Source: Vicugna vicugna
Lineage: Eukaryota
DNA: 64,000 nt
Assembly: GCA_013265495.1 (NCBI GenBank)
Contig: MU058103.1
Coordinates: 876,870-940,869, forward strand
Direction of reading: 5' to 3'
Shown: positions 14,353 to 28,279 of the stretch, piece by piece
Layout: each line of letters starts with the position of its first letter
Numbering within the stretch: the stretch's first letter is position 1
Made by a program: the position numbers and the translations under genes
The notes under the pieces: model-generated
Told to the model about the DNA's origin: nothing
Seen by the model: the letters and a program-made list of their open reading frames with translations, nothing else
The model's database searches: none

Positions 14353-14457
14353 CCCGCAACACACAATTCGACACAACAGGCATTCACTGCAGTGACAAGA
14401 GGCAATTGCTGTCATCCGTAATCAAGTATGATTTTGAAGAAATAGGGAATGCTTAAC
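14353..14457 (-). other. Candidate non-coding exon (105 nt)
   Basis: Minus strand: acceptor 'atttacttctgttgttgcag|G', donor 'GGG|gtgagg'; unique sequence with 3 CpGs; stop codons in all three frames. Confidence 0.3.
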
Positions 14458-15831
14458 CTGCAACAACAGAAGTAAATAATTTATCAGTATGGAAATTAAT
14501 TTTTTCTCCAGAGCATCACCTAATACTAAGCTTTATCATGACTAGTGTATCATTTTTCTCTTATCCCTCTGGTGTCACAATTATTCACATTTGTGTCCCG
14601 CTTAGTTGTTAGCAGGGCACTTTCATACGTATTCAGACTTTGGAGGGAGGTGAGCGATTACTCTAGTTCCACTTCACAGATGAGGGAAATGAGTCTGAGG
14701 TGAAGTCATCTACAGAAAATCACCATGGATTTAAAGGGGAAAGCTAGGGTAGAAATTTGTTTTTAAATTATCTTGCTGAGGTCATAATCCGTTTTGCCAA
14801 TAAGGATGTGTCCTATTGTCTCTTTTAGGGTAATGAGATCATGGTCACACAATTTTGAGACATATGTTCATGTCCAGTCTTTCCCTCTACTTTGGAAACT
14901 TAAAACATCCTTTTACTGTCCTTGACCTATTTCCCTGACAAAATCACTGGCAAATGTGCACAATTAATTTTTTGTTGTTTAATTATTCCCTAATACCACT
15001 ATTTTGTAATCTTATGAAGAGGAAGTCAAATAATAATTATTACCTTAATATGATATTTATTTATTTTGTAAACAATTGGCTACAAGTTTACTAATACAAT
15101 GCAGAAACAGAGATGAAAATTCAGTGTTATACCCTCAAGGAAATAAATTGATGCCTTGATGGCAAATTGATTTTGTTTAGTGTGATCTTCTCTTATCATT
15201 TAGAAATGGCTTTTGCTGCACTGTGTGTAGAATTATGAGGCTGTGTCTAGCCTTGTTGGAAAGGATGCCAAGATCAATCAGTAATGTCTGCAATGGGAAA
15301 AGGACAGGAAATGGCTACACATAGGTCAAAATGCCTGGTATGGTGAATAATATTCTTTTGGATTTAGTTAGTGCTTTTGTTTTATTATAATAAAAAATAT
15401 GTATTTTAGATTTTATAAATAATATATGCACATTGAGCAAAAATAAGACAATACAGACCATGTTTAGGAGTAAAGTGGAAACATCTTTCTTCACAATGCT
15501 TTGCCCTGAGATGTGTACCATTAATAGTTTGGTGATCATCCTTACGTAGTTCACTGTATGTCTACAGCATGCACACACGGTTACACACTGGAAATTTACA
15601 TATACTATATCACACACATATATTTAGCTTGGACATAAACATCTTTAATTTTTTTCGTTTACTTTCTTAAAATATTTTTGTTAGTTTTTTGGTTTGTTTG
15701 CTGATCCATTGCCAACCTTTCTTCTCCCTTCACCACCACCCCAATACTAGGAGGCTCATGTAAGCCATGTGATAGTCTCTGTCCATGCTGATGTAATCAC
15801 ACAATCTCTCTCCTTCTCTCCCCCAACTCCA

Positions 15832-15872
<41 letters not shown>
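15832..15872. repeat. Compound (CT)n(CA)n microsatellite
   Basis: Seen directly. Confidence 0.95.
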
Positions 15873-18174
15873 AACAAGATATATCTAAACATACATATTT
15901 TTGTCATTATTTGCTTACACTGTGATTGTCTTTTACATACTTCCCAACAATTGCTTTATTTCGTTTAACAAAACAGCCTGTAAATCCCTCCAAGTAAACC
16001 ACCCATGCTATTTCCTTTAAATATCGTTTCCATAGTTAACAAGGCACTTTGATAGCTAGTTTCTAATTCGGCTTCAATAAGCCCCTGAGATGGTTATACC
16101 AGATATTGTCTTCTTCATTCTTAAATGAGTAAACTACAGTTCAGAGAGATTAAGTGACTTGTTCATGTCTGAGAACATTAAATGATAAAGAAAACAAAAA
16201 TTTCTCTACATCTTCCTGTCCCAGGCCCAACACTTCTCCCTCTCTGCTAGTAACTGCCACAGTTCAGTTTAGGATTGTTCCAGAAAAGCTCAAGGGAAAG
16301 AGGAAAAGGCTTTGCACTGGGAGCTTTACAGTTCCCTTATCTGATGTCACTGTTATGATAATCTACCCTTAAAATACTATTACAACCATTTTCCAGAATA
16401 AGGATCTGAGCTCAGCGTTCACAGAATTTGTCCAGCTTTTCCCACCTAGACAGAGGCAAGAACTACCCCCACTGGGTGCCAAAAGCCAAATCCTACAATT
16501 TTTAAAATAATATTTTAAATTTGGATCTGAACATTATGTATTTTTGTTTTAAGTTACTTTAAGAAAATAATCTTCTGAGGACATTGTTTTCATTAATCTT
16601 TTATCTCTTTCTAGTACATGGAGATTTGGGGCAATAAATGCAGAGATGAGAGAGGTTTCTCTGACTGGTACTTGGAGCCGCAGAAGCAATAACAAGATAG
16701 AGAGAGTAGCCGCCATTGTCACACTGCACCTGTAGTGAATTAACAAGTAAATACTAGGGGTCTAGAATTCAGACTCCTGTGACTAAAGAGATTACATTTT
16801 ATCTGTGGCCTCCTGATTTTTAAGGACAAGGCTGAATGAGACTAAGGCAAAATCCTTGGGCAGCCACAATAATGCTGTTTCTTTATAATGTATAAATAAT
16901 AAAAAAGCTACATATATTTTCTTATAACCCTATCCATTACACATAAGCCATATGAAGTTCTATAGGCTTTTCCCTGATAAGTGATACTAATATGTCTGTT
17001 TTTGAAGGTCTTTGTTAAGATGAGTGTATGTGTGTGTACATGTTTAATACTAAGAGACATTCTTGCTATATATTAGATGCATGGCATTTGGTTTTGTGCA
17101 GAATTTACTAAATCCAGATAAACAGCAGATAGGTAGTAAAAATAAAGTGCTGCTCTGTCAAGGGGAAAAAGAAGGCTCTGAACCTCAGGATATAGATAAT
17201 AACTTAACATATGTCACCATAGATTGTGCACTCTGTTTGACTGGTTGATATGAGGAGTCATAAGATATTTTTAGACCTAGAAATAGCATAAGATGTGCTC
17301 CATTGGTTAAGTATTTACCATCAACTGAATACTCTACTTTGTAAAGAATATAACATTAGAACAAACTGTCCAGGTTTATACAAGAAAATGTGAAGCTAAG
17401 AAGAAGCAATTGTGCTAGGCATTTGGACTGTGTAAAAAGGTCAACAAAGTGGTATCCAAATTTATTGCTTCCTTTATCTATCTATTTGAATATACAAGTC
17501 TACGTCCACAAAAAGATTGCAAGTGGCATGTCTGTGTGTACTATTTAAAACAATGGTCACTCAGTTACTTCCTGTGTCTAAGGAATTTAACTTGGTGTTG
17601 CCACGTGTATTATCTCATTTGATGACTGTGTTAACTGTATGAAGTGATCTTTGCTACCTTTACATTACCAAAGAGGATAATTTACTCTTCCAGTAAGTTG
17701 TGGCAGAGTTAGAATGGGAGACCAGTTCTGCCACAGACCAGTCCTCTGCACTGTGCTGTAAGATGCCATTCAAAACGGTCCTCATTGCCATGTAGCTGAC
17801 TGCTGATGTGCAGTTTTCATGAATTCTTCTAAATCATGGAAGGTCAGCCCTTTTCAGATGAAAATGTGCTATTAGTTGCAATCAGTTACATTATTAGTAG
17901 GTCTGATATATTTTATGGCTCCAAGTTACTAGAAAAATACCCAACATGACCCTTGATATGCTACTGTGTAAAAATGAATTATAAGTAATTTTGTACAAGT
18001 CTCCATAGAATCTAGCATAAATTGAATCATTTCAGTGGTCTAAGAGTATACTCAGGACCATAAAACATTTCCTTTAATATATTTTATTAAGAATTACCCA
18101 AGATCCAGGGATTTAAAAAGAATTCCATTAGATTTTCCATTAAACCTAATTGATAAGGCTAATTAAAAAGGTGC

Positions 18175-18400
18175 CATTTATTAAATGCTTAAATGTGTTA
18201 ATATTACCATAATAGATGGATAAGATATTTAATTTTATAAATCTTCATAGTCACTTTTCAGTGTGGTATATATTATTCCCATTTTGTAGCTGAGAAACTG
18301 ATGTTCAGAGACATTAAAATTTTCTCCAAGGAAGCCTACTAATAAATGGTAGAACATGGGTCAGACTTAGGTTTTTTAGTTCTGAAGACTTTCCTGCACT
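18175..18400 (-). mobile_element. MIR SINE
   Basis: 'tattattcccattttgtagctgagaaactgatgttcagagacattaa'. Confidence 0.75.
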
Positions 18401-18539
18401 ACAAGCTTTGTAATGTCTTCCTTTATAGGAACAAAATTTGAATTTGATGAAGACAGTCTAAAATGACCAATTAAAGACATTTCTCTGGCATAATATGTGT
18501 ATGTTGGGAGTTGGGGAGTGGTGATTTCACTTCACTTAC

Positions 18540-18703
18540 CTTAATGGTCTTTGAAATCTTTCAATTATTGATCATACGGTCACCACTTTTACGCTATCCC
18601 GTCAGAATGTGATTGAAGCCTGATATACATCCATATAGTGAAAGCAAGCCTGCTTCTTTGTTGGATGATCCATTGTCACGATAATCTTTCACTAAGACAC
18701 AAA
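18540..18703 (-). other. Candidate non-coding exon (164 nt; alternative acceptor at 18691)
   Basis: Minus strand: acceptor 'attctctccctacacttcag|', consensus donor 'AAG|gtaagt'; 4 CpGs; no open frame across it. Confidence 0.3.
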
Positions 18704-19039
18704 CTGAAGTGTAGGGAGAGAATGCAGATCTTGGTTTTCTTAAACAAATATTTTTGGTACAGAACTCCACAGCAATGCATTTTAAATTTGGTTAAGCCAC
18801 CACTTAACTGCATAGGCTTTTCAGTATCACTAATTTATTTGATGATTATTGTTGATCAGTAGAACAGATCTTAGTTATCCAGATGTCAGAGGCAAAGTTA
18901 CAATGACTTTCAAGGGTTTTAATATTCCTAGATTCTCAGAACCCTGGAGCTGGAGGCAAAATTCTGACTCTGTCCAATCCAATTTGACAGATGAGGAAAC
19001 TGAAGCACACTTTTTAAGGAAGAATTTAGACTCATTAAC

Positions 19040-19182
19040 TGTATGGTCCACCCTCAGTGAATCTAGGATGACTTCATCTCAAGATCCTTAGCTAATCATA
19101 TCAGACCTCATTTCCAAATAAGATCACATCCTGAGGTTCTGTGTATACATGAAGTTTGGGGAGAACTATTAAACCCACTACA
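19040..19182 (-). mobile_element. MLT1A/B LTR fragment interrupting a MIR
   Basis: 'ggatgacttcatctcaagatccttag...tttccaaataagatcacatcctgaggttctg...aacccactaca'; MIR halves at ~18970-19010 and ~19185-19260. Confidence 0.75.
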
Positions 19183-19919
19183 AAGTGTTAAATGTTTTCT
19201 TGAGTCATTTGCTTGTTTAATAGTAGAGCTAACACTAGAAATCCCTATCTCCATAGAGCACATTGTCTCTTAAATGATTCATTTATTTGATTTTGTAACT
19301 GAAAACCACCAACCTGTTCACTATGCTTTGGGGATTTGAAAGACAGTCACCCTCTTCCACAAATATTCTACTTTCTAAAATAAAATAATGGAATTACTTT
19401 TCCATGCCTCTACTTGCCTTCACTTCTCAGTGGTTTTCCTACAATAGGAAGGGTTGTAATTACCCAGGCATACTAGGAGAAAGACGGATTGACTTAGAGA
19501 TGAATCATGCCTTGTAGGTTTGTGTATGGCTATGTGTACTTCTTAATGCTTCTAATCGGCCAGTGTTGTAATTATCTAAAGATAGGTAAAATTATTTTTA
19601 GTAAACCTTATTTTTTTTCCTGCCAAGAGAAGCTCTTCCTTCCCTAGCCTGTTTGCTAAACCATGAGACTTGATATCAGTCTGGGACTCTTGTCTCCTCT
19701 CTCGTCCCCTTCTCTCTCATAAATAGAAGTGTAGGAATTAAGTCAGTTCTGCAGGTGTTCTTTCTCTCCTGAAGAAATATTTCTCAGAACAAATCAAGCC
19801 AATAGATCAAATAAACCACCTCAAGTCAGAATACTTTCCCGTGTTTACTCTTGCTTGATTCATTTGTTTTCTGTGATGAAGTTTCTTCTCCCAATTTTAC
19901 AGTCACTTCGAATTTTTAC

Positions 19920-20080
19920 TTACATTAGCTTTGCCCCACATAAGCAATATACATAAGATCGTGGAAAAGTGATGAGGAAAGTGAGATTCAGGGAGTTTCA
20001 CGACCTGTTCAGAACCTCATAGCTAGTAAGTAGCAGTGCTGGGTTTCCAACAAGTTCATCTGATTCTCCATTCCAAGCTC
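19920..20080 (-). mobile_element. MIR SINE
   Basis: 'gatgaggaaagtgagattcagggagtt...atagctagtaagtagcagtgctgggtttc'. Confidence 0.7.
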
Positions 20081-20640
20081 TCCCCTGATCCCCTGTGTCT
20101 TTGTTATGCTCATCTCATTTAGACACCTTGACCCTTCTGAATTTTTATATTATGACAAGCTGAGACAATAGTGGGGAGGCCAGATTTGGTCTTGGGATAC
20201 CCCTGCTGCTCCACTCATAACCTTAGACTTTTCTTCAATGTGACATAAGGAAGGTTAATAACAGAAATTAAATGGCCACTGGTCAAGAATGTTCTGAAGG
20301 GGGTATTTTGTTCTCAGTGAGAGGTAAGAGGAAGATTCCATGGTTTCCTGGGCCAAATTGGTCATCGAAAAAAAATTTATATCAGTCACTTGCACTTGAT
20401 TAAAATATATAAGCCGCATATATCCCTTGCATTTTTATAGAGATGTTTTCATTTAAAATTAACTCCCTGAATAACTTTTATTCAGATAAAAGTTTCTGTT
20501 CTATGAATTTAATTCATTTGTGAGCACCTAAAGGAAGGATTTTGTTTAGTATGGAAGCCCCTAAAATGATAAGAAACTGTAGCTGCTTATATAACCTATC
20601 TATCCTTGTGCCTTCTGGTTATATTGGTTGTAGAACTTAA

Positions 20641-20718
20641 AAAGAAAAATAGGAGAGAAAAAGAAAGGAAAGGGATGTAAGGGAAGGGAGGAAGAAAGAA
20701 GGAAGGAAGGAAGGAAAA
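20641..20718. repeat. Purine-rich (GGAA/GAAA) low-complexity tract
   Basis: Seen directly. Confidence 0.85.
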
Positions 20719-21369
20719 TGAACCCACAAGTTTGAAAACATAGATTCATCAAATAAGTCATTCACTTGACAAATGTTTATCACTTGTTATTATATGACAC
20801 ATACTGGGTTAGGACCTTGTGATACAAAGATTAATAAGACATTGTCTCTGTTTACACGTTAGAGGGAAATGCAAACAAACATTGTGTTGTAATACTGTGT
20901 GTTAAAGGATGACAAAGAGGTAGATATATGGGCTAGTGGAAATCCTTAACCAGATATTTAACTCAAACTTGAGAAAGTGAAGAATCACCCCTCCTTTTAG
21001 CAAATAAGGAAAGTGAGATTTAGAAAAGAACAGAGAATTAGTGAGCTTACCCAACCGTATAAGATGTCTGGTATTTATGTTATTCAAATGTGAGCTACAT
21101 AGCTGTTAATGCTGAGAACTGAGATTCTCACTTATTCTAACTTACTTTTACTCTGGTGTTTCAAAGCTCAGGTCTTGCTTTAGAAACACAGTGAATCATC
21201 TAACATTTCGGAGAAATTGCATTTGAATGGCCCTACTATTACATACTTTATTCTCTAAATTTTGCCCCTGGTTAAATAAATGCAGAAACGGTGGACAAAG
21301 CCAGGTTTCAATCCTGGGTCTGTTTTCTTCCAGTCTACTGTTCTTTTAGCTCTATTATTTCTTCTAACC

Positions 21370-21562
21370 TAGTGATTCTCAACGGGGGTAATTTTGCCCC
21401 TCAGGGAAGTTTGGCAATGTACGGTGACATGTTTTTGATTGTCCCAAATGGCAGGGGAGGTGTAGTGCCTTTGGCATGTAGGGGACAGAAGCCAAGGATG
21501 CCACCAAACATGCTACAATGCACAGGACAGCCCCCATAACAAAGATTTATTAGCCCAAATAT
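21370..21562 (+). mobile_element. MER20 hAT-Charlie MITE
   Basis: 'agtgattctcaacgggggtaattttgcccctcagggaagtttggcaatg...gccaaggatgccaccaaacatgctacaatgcacaggacagccccc'. Confidence 0.9.
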
Positions 21563-22764
21563 ACAGTTAGTAAAATTAAAGTTCTGTCCTATTAATATAT
21601 ATTTTGTGATAACTAGAACATTTTGCCAATATTCAAGTCAGCATACCTGCTAATTTCAGAGAAAGCTTCAGTGAATTAGGTAAATATATATATATATAGT
21701 TACACACATCAGTAATACAGATAAATTCTGTTTTAGTTTGTTTTTTTCTATTATTTTGTCTCTTATAATGCATATATCCCAGTGCCTACCACAGTGTCCA
21801 CTCAGCACATATCAAGTCCTCCAAAAATAGTTGTTGAATTTTAAAATATTGTTTGTTAAATTCTTACTGATTTTTGTAGATTGCCTACTGTCCTTTGGCC
21901 AACAGACTCACTAATCTTCAAAATAATTCTCAAAGAAGGTGTTATCATCTCTACTGTTTAAATTTAGTTTCGTATCTCTAAAGATGGCTAAGTTGCATTT
22001 GGAATACCTCCAAAATTTTAGGAGCTGTTAAAAGAGTCCCTGCTGATTTTCTGGAAACCTATTTTGTGTGTATGAACCATTATAAAAAGAAGTTGTTACG
22101 CCCACAGAATAGAGAAAGTTGTACAGTGTTGCTATTTTTTTAACTGAAATATGAGATTACTGCCAAATAAATATTTGTAACTTTTGAAATTTACATTCTA
22201 TCACACATACTGTGTGATAGAACATCCCCATTGTGATTTGGGCTCAAAGCCTGCCCCAGTGAAGGTGGTTAAAAAATCAAACAGACGAACAAACAAAACT
22301 GCCTCAATTTCTCACACACTTCTTTCTTTTTGGAATAACTTCCTTATTAGCCAAGTTTGTATTTATTTAATATTAAACTCTTTTGCTTTGTTAAATTTAA
22401 ATGCAAAATATTAATATAATAAGACAGTCTAAGTTCAGCTTCTTACAGGAATGCCCTCAGTGAATTAGGTAACTAAGCAAATGTGTAAGTATATGGACAC
22501 ATGTGCTAAAGAAGCATTTATTTGAACAATATGAGCAATATTTTGATATGTTTTAAATACCTTAGAGGAAAATGTTCTTCATTTTATCGAATAGTTCTTC
22601 AATGTGCAAAGTTTGAGGGCTGAGAGTGGTTATTGATATGTATTAAATACTAGCTCTGTCCCAGCACCTTTGCTGGATACATTGATGTATATCTCTTTTC
22701 ATCATTTTAGCAAATACATATGAAATATTTCACTGAACTTTAAAGATGAAGCTAAGAAAGCTGA

Positions 22765-23720
22765 CTAGGCAACAAACATATACAAATGTGTTCAGCTTCA
22801 CTGGAAATAAGATGAATTTGCATTACCGTGACAATGAGGTAACATGATACCTCATCAGCTAGATTTGGAATACATTAAAATACCCAACTATTGGCTGGAA
22901 CCTGAAGCAACAGGTTCTGCTGATAAAAATGTACTCACTCTAGAAGACAGTTTGGCATTAGCTATAAAAGTAAAAAACATGAATCTTGCATGAAATTTTT
23001 TATGAATGTTTCATTAATCAAGGATTGTGATGAATCAAATGTGAGCACCTGCTGTCCAAGAGGCCAGACTGGGAGGCGTAGGCTCTACGTACTTTTGACG
23101 CAGCGCTAGTCCTCCTAGGCATCCACCCTAGAGACACTCTCATACGTTCAGGAAACAGCTTAGAATGCTCACAGAAGCATTGTTGTAATAGCAAAACAAA
23201 AGAAAACTGGGAAGCAAATAACCAAATGGTTAGTACAGTAAGATGGTAAAGTAAATTATCTGATGATAGTTATATAACAGAACACTACACAGTAATGAAA
23301 ATCACCGAACTACAGCTAAATGGATCCAGAGGGATGACTCTTAAACATAAAGTTGAGTGAAAAAAAGCAATTTTTGCAGAAAAAAGCATTCACTACAATT
23401 ACATGTATATGAATTTCAAAAACATGAACAATTAAACAATATCTTGTTTAGAGATACACAAACATAAAGGGAAAACTTTAAAGTACCCTAAGGGATTGGC
23501 TACTCTAAAAATTTGTGAACTTGATTATTTCCGAGAATGGGTAGAGAGAGGGGCTTGGGTCCTGGGAGGGCTATCCAAATGTATTGGTCACAGTTCGTTC
23601 CTAAATGTGGGTATACATAGATTTAACTTGTCATTTTCTTTTTCCTTTCAAATGTATCATATATATATATACATTATATATATATAATTTTGAATTAATT
23701 AAATGTTAAATGTAAATTAT
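22765..23720 (+). mobile_element. Old L1 (L1ME-like) ORF2 end and 3' UTR
   Basis: 'aacaaacatatacaaatgtgttcagcttcactggaaataag', 'cacagaagcattgttgtaatagcaaaac', 'ctcttaaacataaagttgagtgaaaaaaagc'; contains a ~95-bp unrelated insert near 22990-23085. Confidence 0.75.
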
Positions 23721-24305
23721 TTTTACTGAGGTTAAGTCTTAGAAGGGTTATATAACCGATCCAATTTATGCGTAGAGACGGTCCCCTTCACAGCTGTGTG
23801 ACCCAGAGTCCGTGCTCCCCCATTTCATGTTTGGGTCTGCTCAAGGTGAAATCCTCCTAGTGCGACGCCCAGAAAGAAACTGCTTCCTTTGATAATCACC
23901 TTATTTCCTCATACCGCTGAAGGCTATGAATCACTGTGTTCCTTCCTTAACTTAGCTGCCAGGAAGTTTATCCTAATGTCCATATTCAACTGCAGTAATT
24001 AACTGATCATAAACACTTAGTCCATGGATTTTCTTTCTTGTAATGATTTCTGATTTCTCACCTTAAAAATTACTTCATTGCAACCATTTTATTTCATATA
24101 TAATCTAATGTTATAAATAATCTAAAAGCTTTTTGTATGAGTAGTGAATAAGTAGTTTTTCCTAAGAAAATAAATAATTTAAAACCATTACATTTTTTTA
24201 AAGATCTAAATGATTGCCTTTAAGGCAGAATCCATTTAATTTTCTTTTTTCTCAAATTTCCTAACCCTTTGAGTTAAGCATGATTCTAAAACCAGTGAGT
24301 TCTCA

Positions 24306-25491
24306 TAGCCAAGGAAACAATCAACAGATTGAAGAGACAACCTATGAAATGGCAGAAAAAATATTTGTAAACTATACATCTCTTAAGGAGTTAATAAACA
24401 AAATATATAAGAAACTCAAGTAACTCAATAGCAAAAACAAGCCAAATAACCCAATTAGGAAATAGGCAAAGGACGTGAATAGACATTTTCCAGAGAAGAT
24501 GGCCAGTAAGAACATGACCAACAGCTACACAAAAGGTGCTCAACATCACTAATCATCAGAGAAATATAAATTGAAACTACAGTGAGATAGCACCTTACAT
24601 CTATTAGAATGGCTATTATCAAAAAGACAAAGGATAGCAAATGTTGGTGAGGATGCAGAGAAAGGGGAAACCTTATACATTCTTGGCAGGAATGTAGATT
24701 GGTACAGCCATTACAGAATAAAGTTTCTCAAAAAATTAAAAATAGAACTACCATATGATCCAATAACCCCACTTCTGGGTATATTTCCAAAAGAAATAGA
24801 ATCAGTGTCTCAAAGAGATGTCTGCATCTCCATGTTCATTGCAGCATTTTTCACATTAGCCACGATGTGGAAACAACCTATGTGTCTGTTGATGGATGAG
24901 TGGTTAAAGAAAATGTGGTGTGTGTATACATATATACATCATAAATACATATTCAATGGAATGTTGTTGAGCCCTAAAAAAGAAAGAAATCCTGCCATTC
25001 TTGACAACATGGATGAAACTGAAGAACATTATGCTAAGTGAAATAAGCCCAACATAGAAAGACACATACTGTATAATCTCACATGTGGAGTATAAAAAGT
25101 TGAATTCATAAAAACAGATAATAGAAGGGTGATTGCCAGAGCCCAGGGGTTGGGAGAAATGGGGAGATGTTGGTCAAAGTGTACAAACTTTCAGTTTTTT
25201 AGGATGAAAAAGTTCTGGAGATCTAGTTTACAGCATGGAGACTGTTGTTAATAATTCTGTATATTTGACATTTGCTAAAAGGGAAGATCTGAAACATTCT
25301 TACCACATTAATACCCCAAAATGGGAACTATGTGAAGTGATGGACATATTAATTCATTTAATTGTGGTAATCATGTCACAATGTACACATATATCAAAAC
25401 TTCATGTTGTACAACTGAAATACCCACACTTTTTATTGGTCAATTGTACCTCAGTAAAGCTTGGAAAAATTAGCTCCTAAAAAAGAAAAAA
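24306..25491 (+). mobile_element. 5'-truncated L1 (L1MA-like) with poly(A) tail and 18-bp TSD
   Basis: ORF2 C-terminal remnant (CISMFIAAFFTLATMWKQP..C..DEWLKKMW), 3' UTR and A tail; TSD aaaaccagtgagttctca (24288-24305) / aaaatcagtgagttctca (25492-25509). Confidence 0.95.
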
Positions 25492-25999
25492 AAAATCAGT
25501 GAGTTCTCAGATTGGGATAAAACAGGTGTATAGAGTTGTCCTGGGGAAATGTACATATTCCAGGTGCAGTTTTATTTTGGAGAATATGCCAAGTCAGTAA
25601 TCACAAGAAAGCTTCTCCAAAATGAATCACCTTTTGAAAAATATGGTGAGCTATAAAAGGCCCGACATAAATACATGATTATCTTTCTATGTCTGGAGAA
25701 GGTGGTGGGAGGCAAGGAACAGATGATAGATTGCACTGAGTTATTTAGGGGAAGCATTTGGCTCTATTTTACCACAGCTCCTGAGAAGGCAACTGAGGCC
25801 AATTTGATGAAGCATGTTATATGTAACTGAGTATTCAGCTTTTTTCATCGTTTTTATTGTCTTTTTCAGGATGAGGTTAGTAATTACAGTCGTATATCTG
25901 ACCAGTAAACCTCACTGTCATTAGGAAAATGGGCGTTATCATTTTAAATATTGCAAACCAAATTTACATAACTTTCAGAGACATTCTTCAATCTACATA

Positions 26000-26245
26000 C
26001 AAAGAGAACAGCAGGGAATGAAGAGTCAGAATGACATGGTTTCTCTTCCAGCTTTGCGACTTCACAGGTGCTTGGCTTCTTAACTCATCACACTTAACCT
26101 CTCTGAGCCTTTGTTTACGGATGTCTGAGATGGTTATGAAAACATATCTTGCACAGCTCTTCTGAAGATTATATGATTCAGTGTGCACAAGAGTCTACCA
26201 CAGTGCCTGTTACAGAGTCATAATTGGATAGCAAATGTTAGATCT
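26000..26245 (+). mobile_element. MIR SINE
   Basis: 'acacttaacctctctgagcctttgtttac...accacagtgcctgttacagag'. Confidence 0.7.
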
Positions 26246-28279
26246 CTTAGCCACTGCATGAAATAAACATGAGCTAGTAACTTAATCCAGTTTTAATATT
26301 CAAGCATTGATTAGGGGATTGATTCCTTCATACATTCATTTTTGATTGATTCATTTATACATATAACAAGCATTTATTGATCACACACTCAATAGGAACT
26401 TTTTGTTTTACAAAATATTATATCACAAAATATTACATGTATTATCTAGCAGAATGCATAAGAAATTAAAACACTGCTCAAATATCAGCAGTATTTCCTA
26501 TAAGCATGCCCAGAAATGAAAATTAGTATGTATTAACAACAGTAGGTGAAAAACTACAGTAGGTAAAAAACAGTCAGGGTATGTTAGCATCCATGAATGG
26601 CTGTGTAGGTCGAATAAGCTGAGGCATGGGAAAGCAGACCCAAGAATTAAATCTCATCTCAGTGTCAGACCAAAAGCCAGTGCAAACATCTATCTTTTCA
26701 TTTTAGTCATTCATTCAGTCATTTGTCTGTCCTCCAATCTGCCTACTCTCCCTTTCATTCATCTCTCTCCACCCACCAATTCATCAATCCATCCAATAAA
26801 GACTTACTAGACCTCTAGTCCCTAGGAATATACTGACAGGTCTATTTTCTCAAAGACGTAGGTACCTGCCTGCAGAATGAACATGGAATGAAAATTATAA
26901 ACCACTGAGTTAGTTTGTTTTCATAACAGTTTATATAGGTTGGTGGCTATGGACGCAGGGTTTGGAGTCATGAAGTCCTAGATTTGAATCTCAGCTCCTC
27001 TACATAGTAAATTTAAGCGAGTGAACTAACCTTTCTTTGCCACCATTCATTTAGCCATACACCCGTGATTGTAATAGTGCATATTTCACAGGACTACTGT
27101 GCAGATAAAATTAGATAATGCATGAAAGCTTGATTCAATATTTGAAATGTCATCGTGATGTTGAATGATGTAGAGAAGCTAACTTGATCTTGGAGTGGAG
27201 ATGCCAGAGACATTCTCCAAAATGGCCCTTTAGAACTGTGTCTTAGAAGGGAGTAGAATTTTCCAGGCAGCCAATCAGGGTATAGTGGGAGATGGAGATG
27301 GTTTGCAAGCACATAGAATAGCATTTGCAAAGGCATTGTGGAGACTAAGGGCTTGGGTGTAAAAGTCTGTTGCCACTTTGAAACTTCATTTTTCAAAGCC
27401 ATCTGTAGCAGAGCAAGTGAAGAAAGCAAGGCTCTAAAATAAAAGGAGGCACAGTCCAGAGAGAGAGAGTGAGAGAGCGTGAGCAAGAGAGAGCTTAGAA
27501 ATAGGGACTTAACAGAGTTCTTCTCTCTGAGTCCAGGTGGTCTTTAGGAGCTTCATAGGTTTAAAAGCTAATTTACATAAAATTAATGGCAATTTTTATT
27601 AAAAGGAGAATAAACTTTTATTTCAAGCAATGAGTTCTCCGGTTTGCTAAATGGAGTAAGAAAACATTAGATCTAATTAACAGTTTTAGTGGCTTAAATT
27701 CTTTTAATTGTATGCCCAAGCACATCAGTACATTTTTTTTCAAATATCTGATTAAATATAAAGTTTCTGATATTTAGTGAACTGCGAAAAAATGTTAGCT
27801 CTTCTCTGTGGGATATGTTGCACAAAATATATTGTATACAGACAAGCAGAATATTTCATTTGCTATTAGAAAGAGGCTTTTTTGATGGCTCATAAAAATA
27901 TATTTAAAATGTGCTTAAAGGAGAAGGATGACATCAAACACTTGTAAGTTCTTTGAGAGCAAATGTAAAATTCTGAATATTTACCACCAAACCCCTACCA
28001 TAAGGCAGTGAAGCCTATAAATACTCACTGAGTGCTTAACTGTTCTGTTAAATTAAGATTTTAGAGGGTGGAAATATATTTTGATTTTTATAGGGTCTAG
28101 AACTGTAATAGAAATTTATGAAGTTATATTTTATAATTATATATATAACTATATATATAACTTACTTTGAGGATATTAACAGTGATTCACGGTCACAGGA
28201 CCCAATTTGAAGAACAATTCAAGTTAACGCTGTGTAGTATCTGACTTACTGGTTCTTTTCGTTCCTTGCAGACTTATTT

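Noticed and set aside
24455..25480. ORFs 24455-24640, 24805-25041 and 25235-25480 (also 33196-33956, 46542-46736)
   Set aside because: Sense or antisense translations of decayed L1 ORF2/3' UTR.
26539..26575. Short tandem duplication acagtaggt(g/a)aaaaac x2 (a similar 21-bp one lies near 10749-10787)
   Set aside because: Ordinary slippage duplications.
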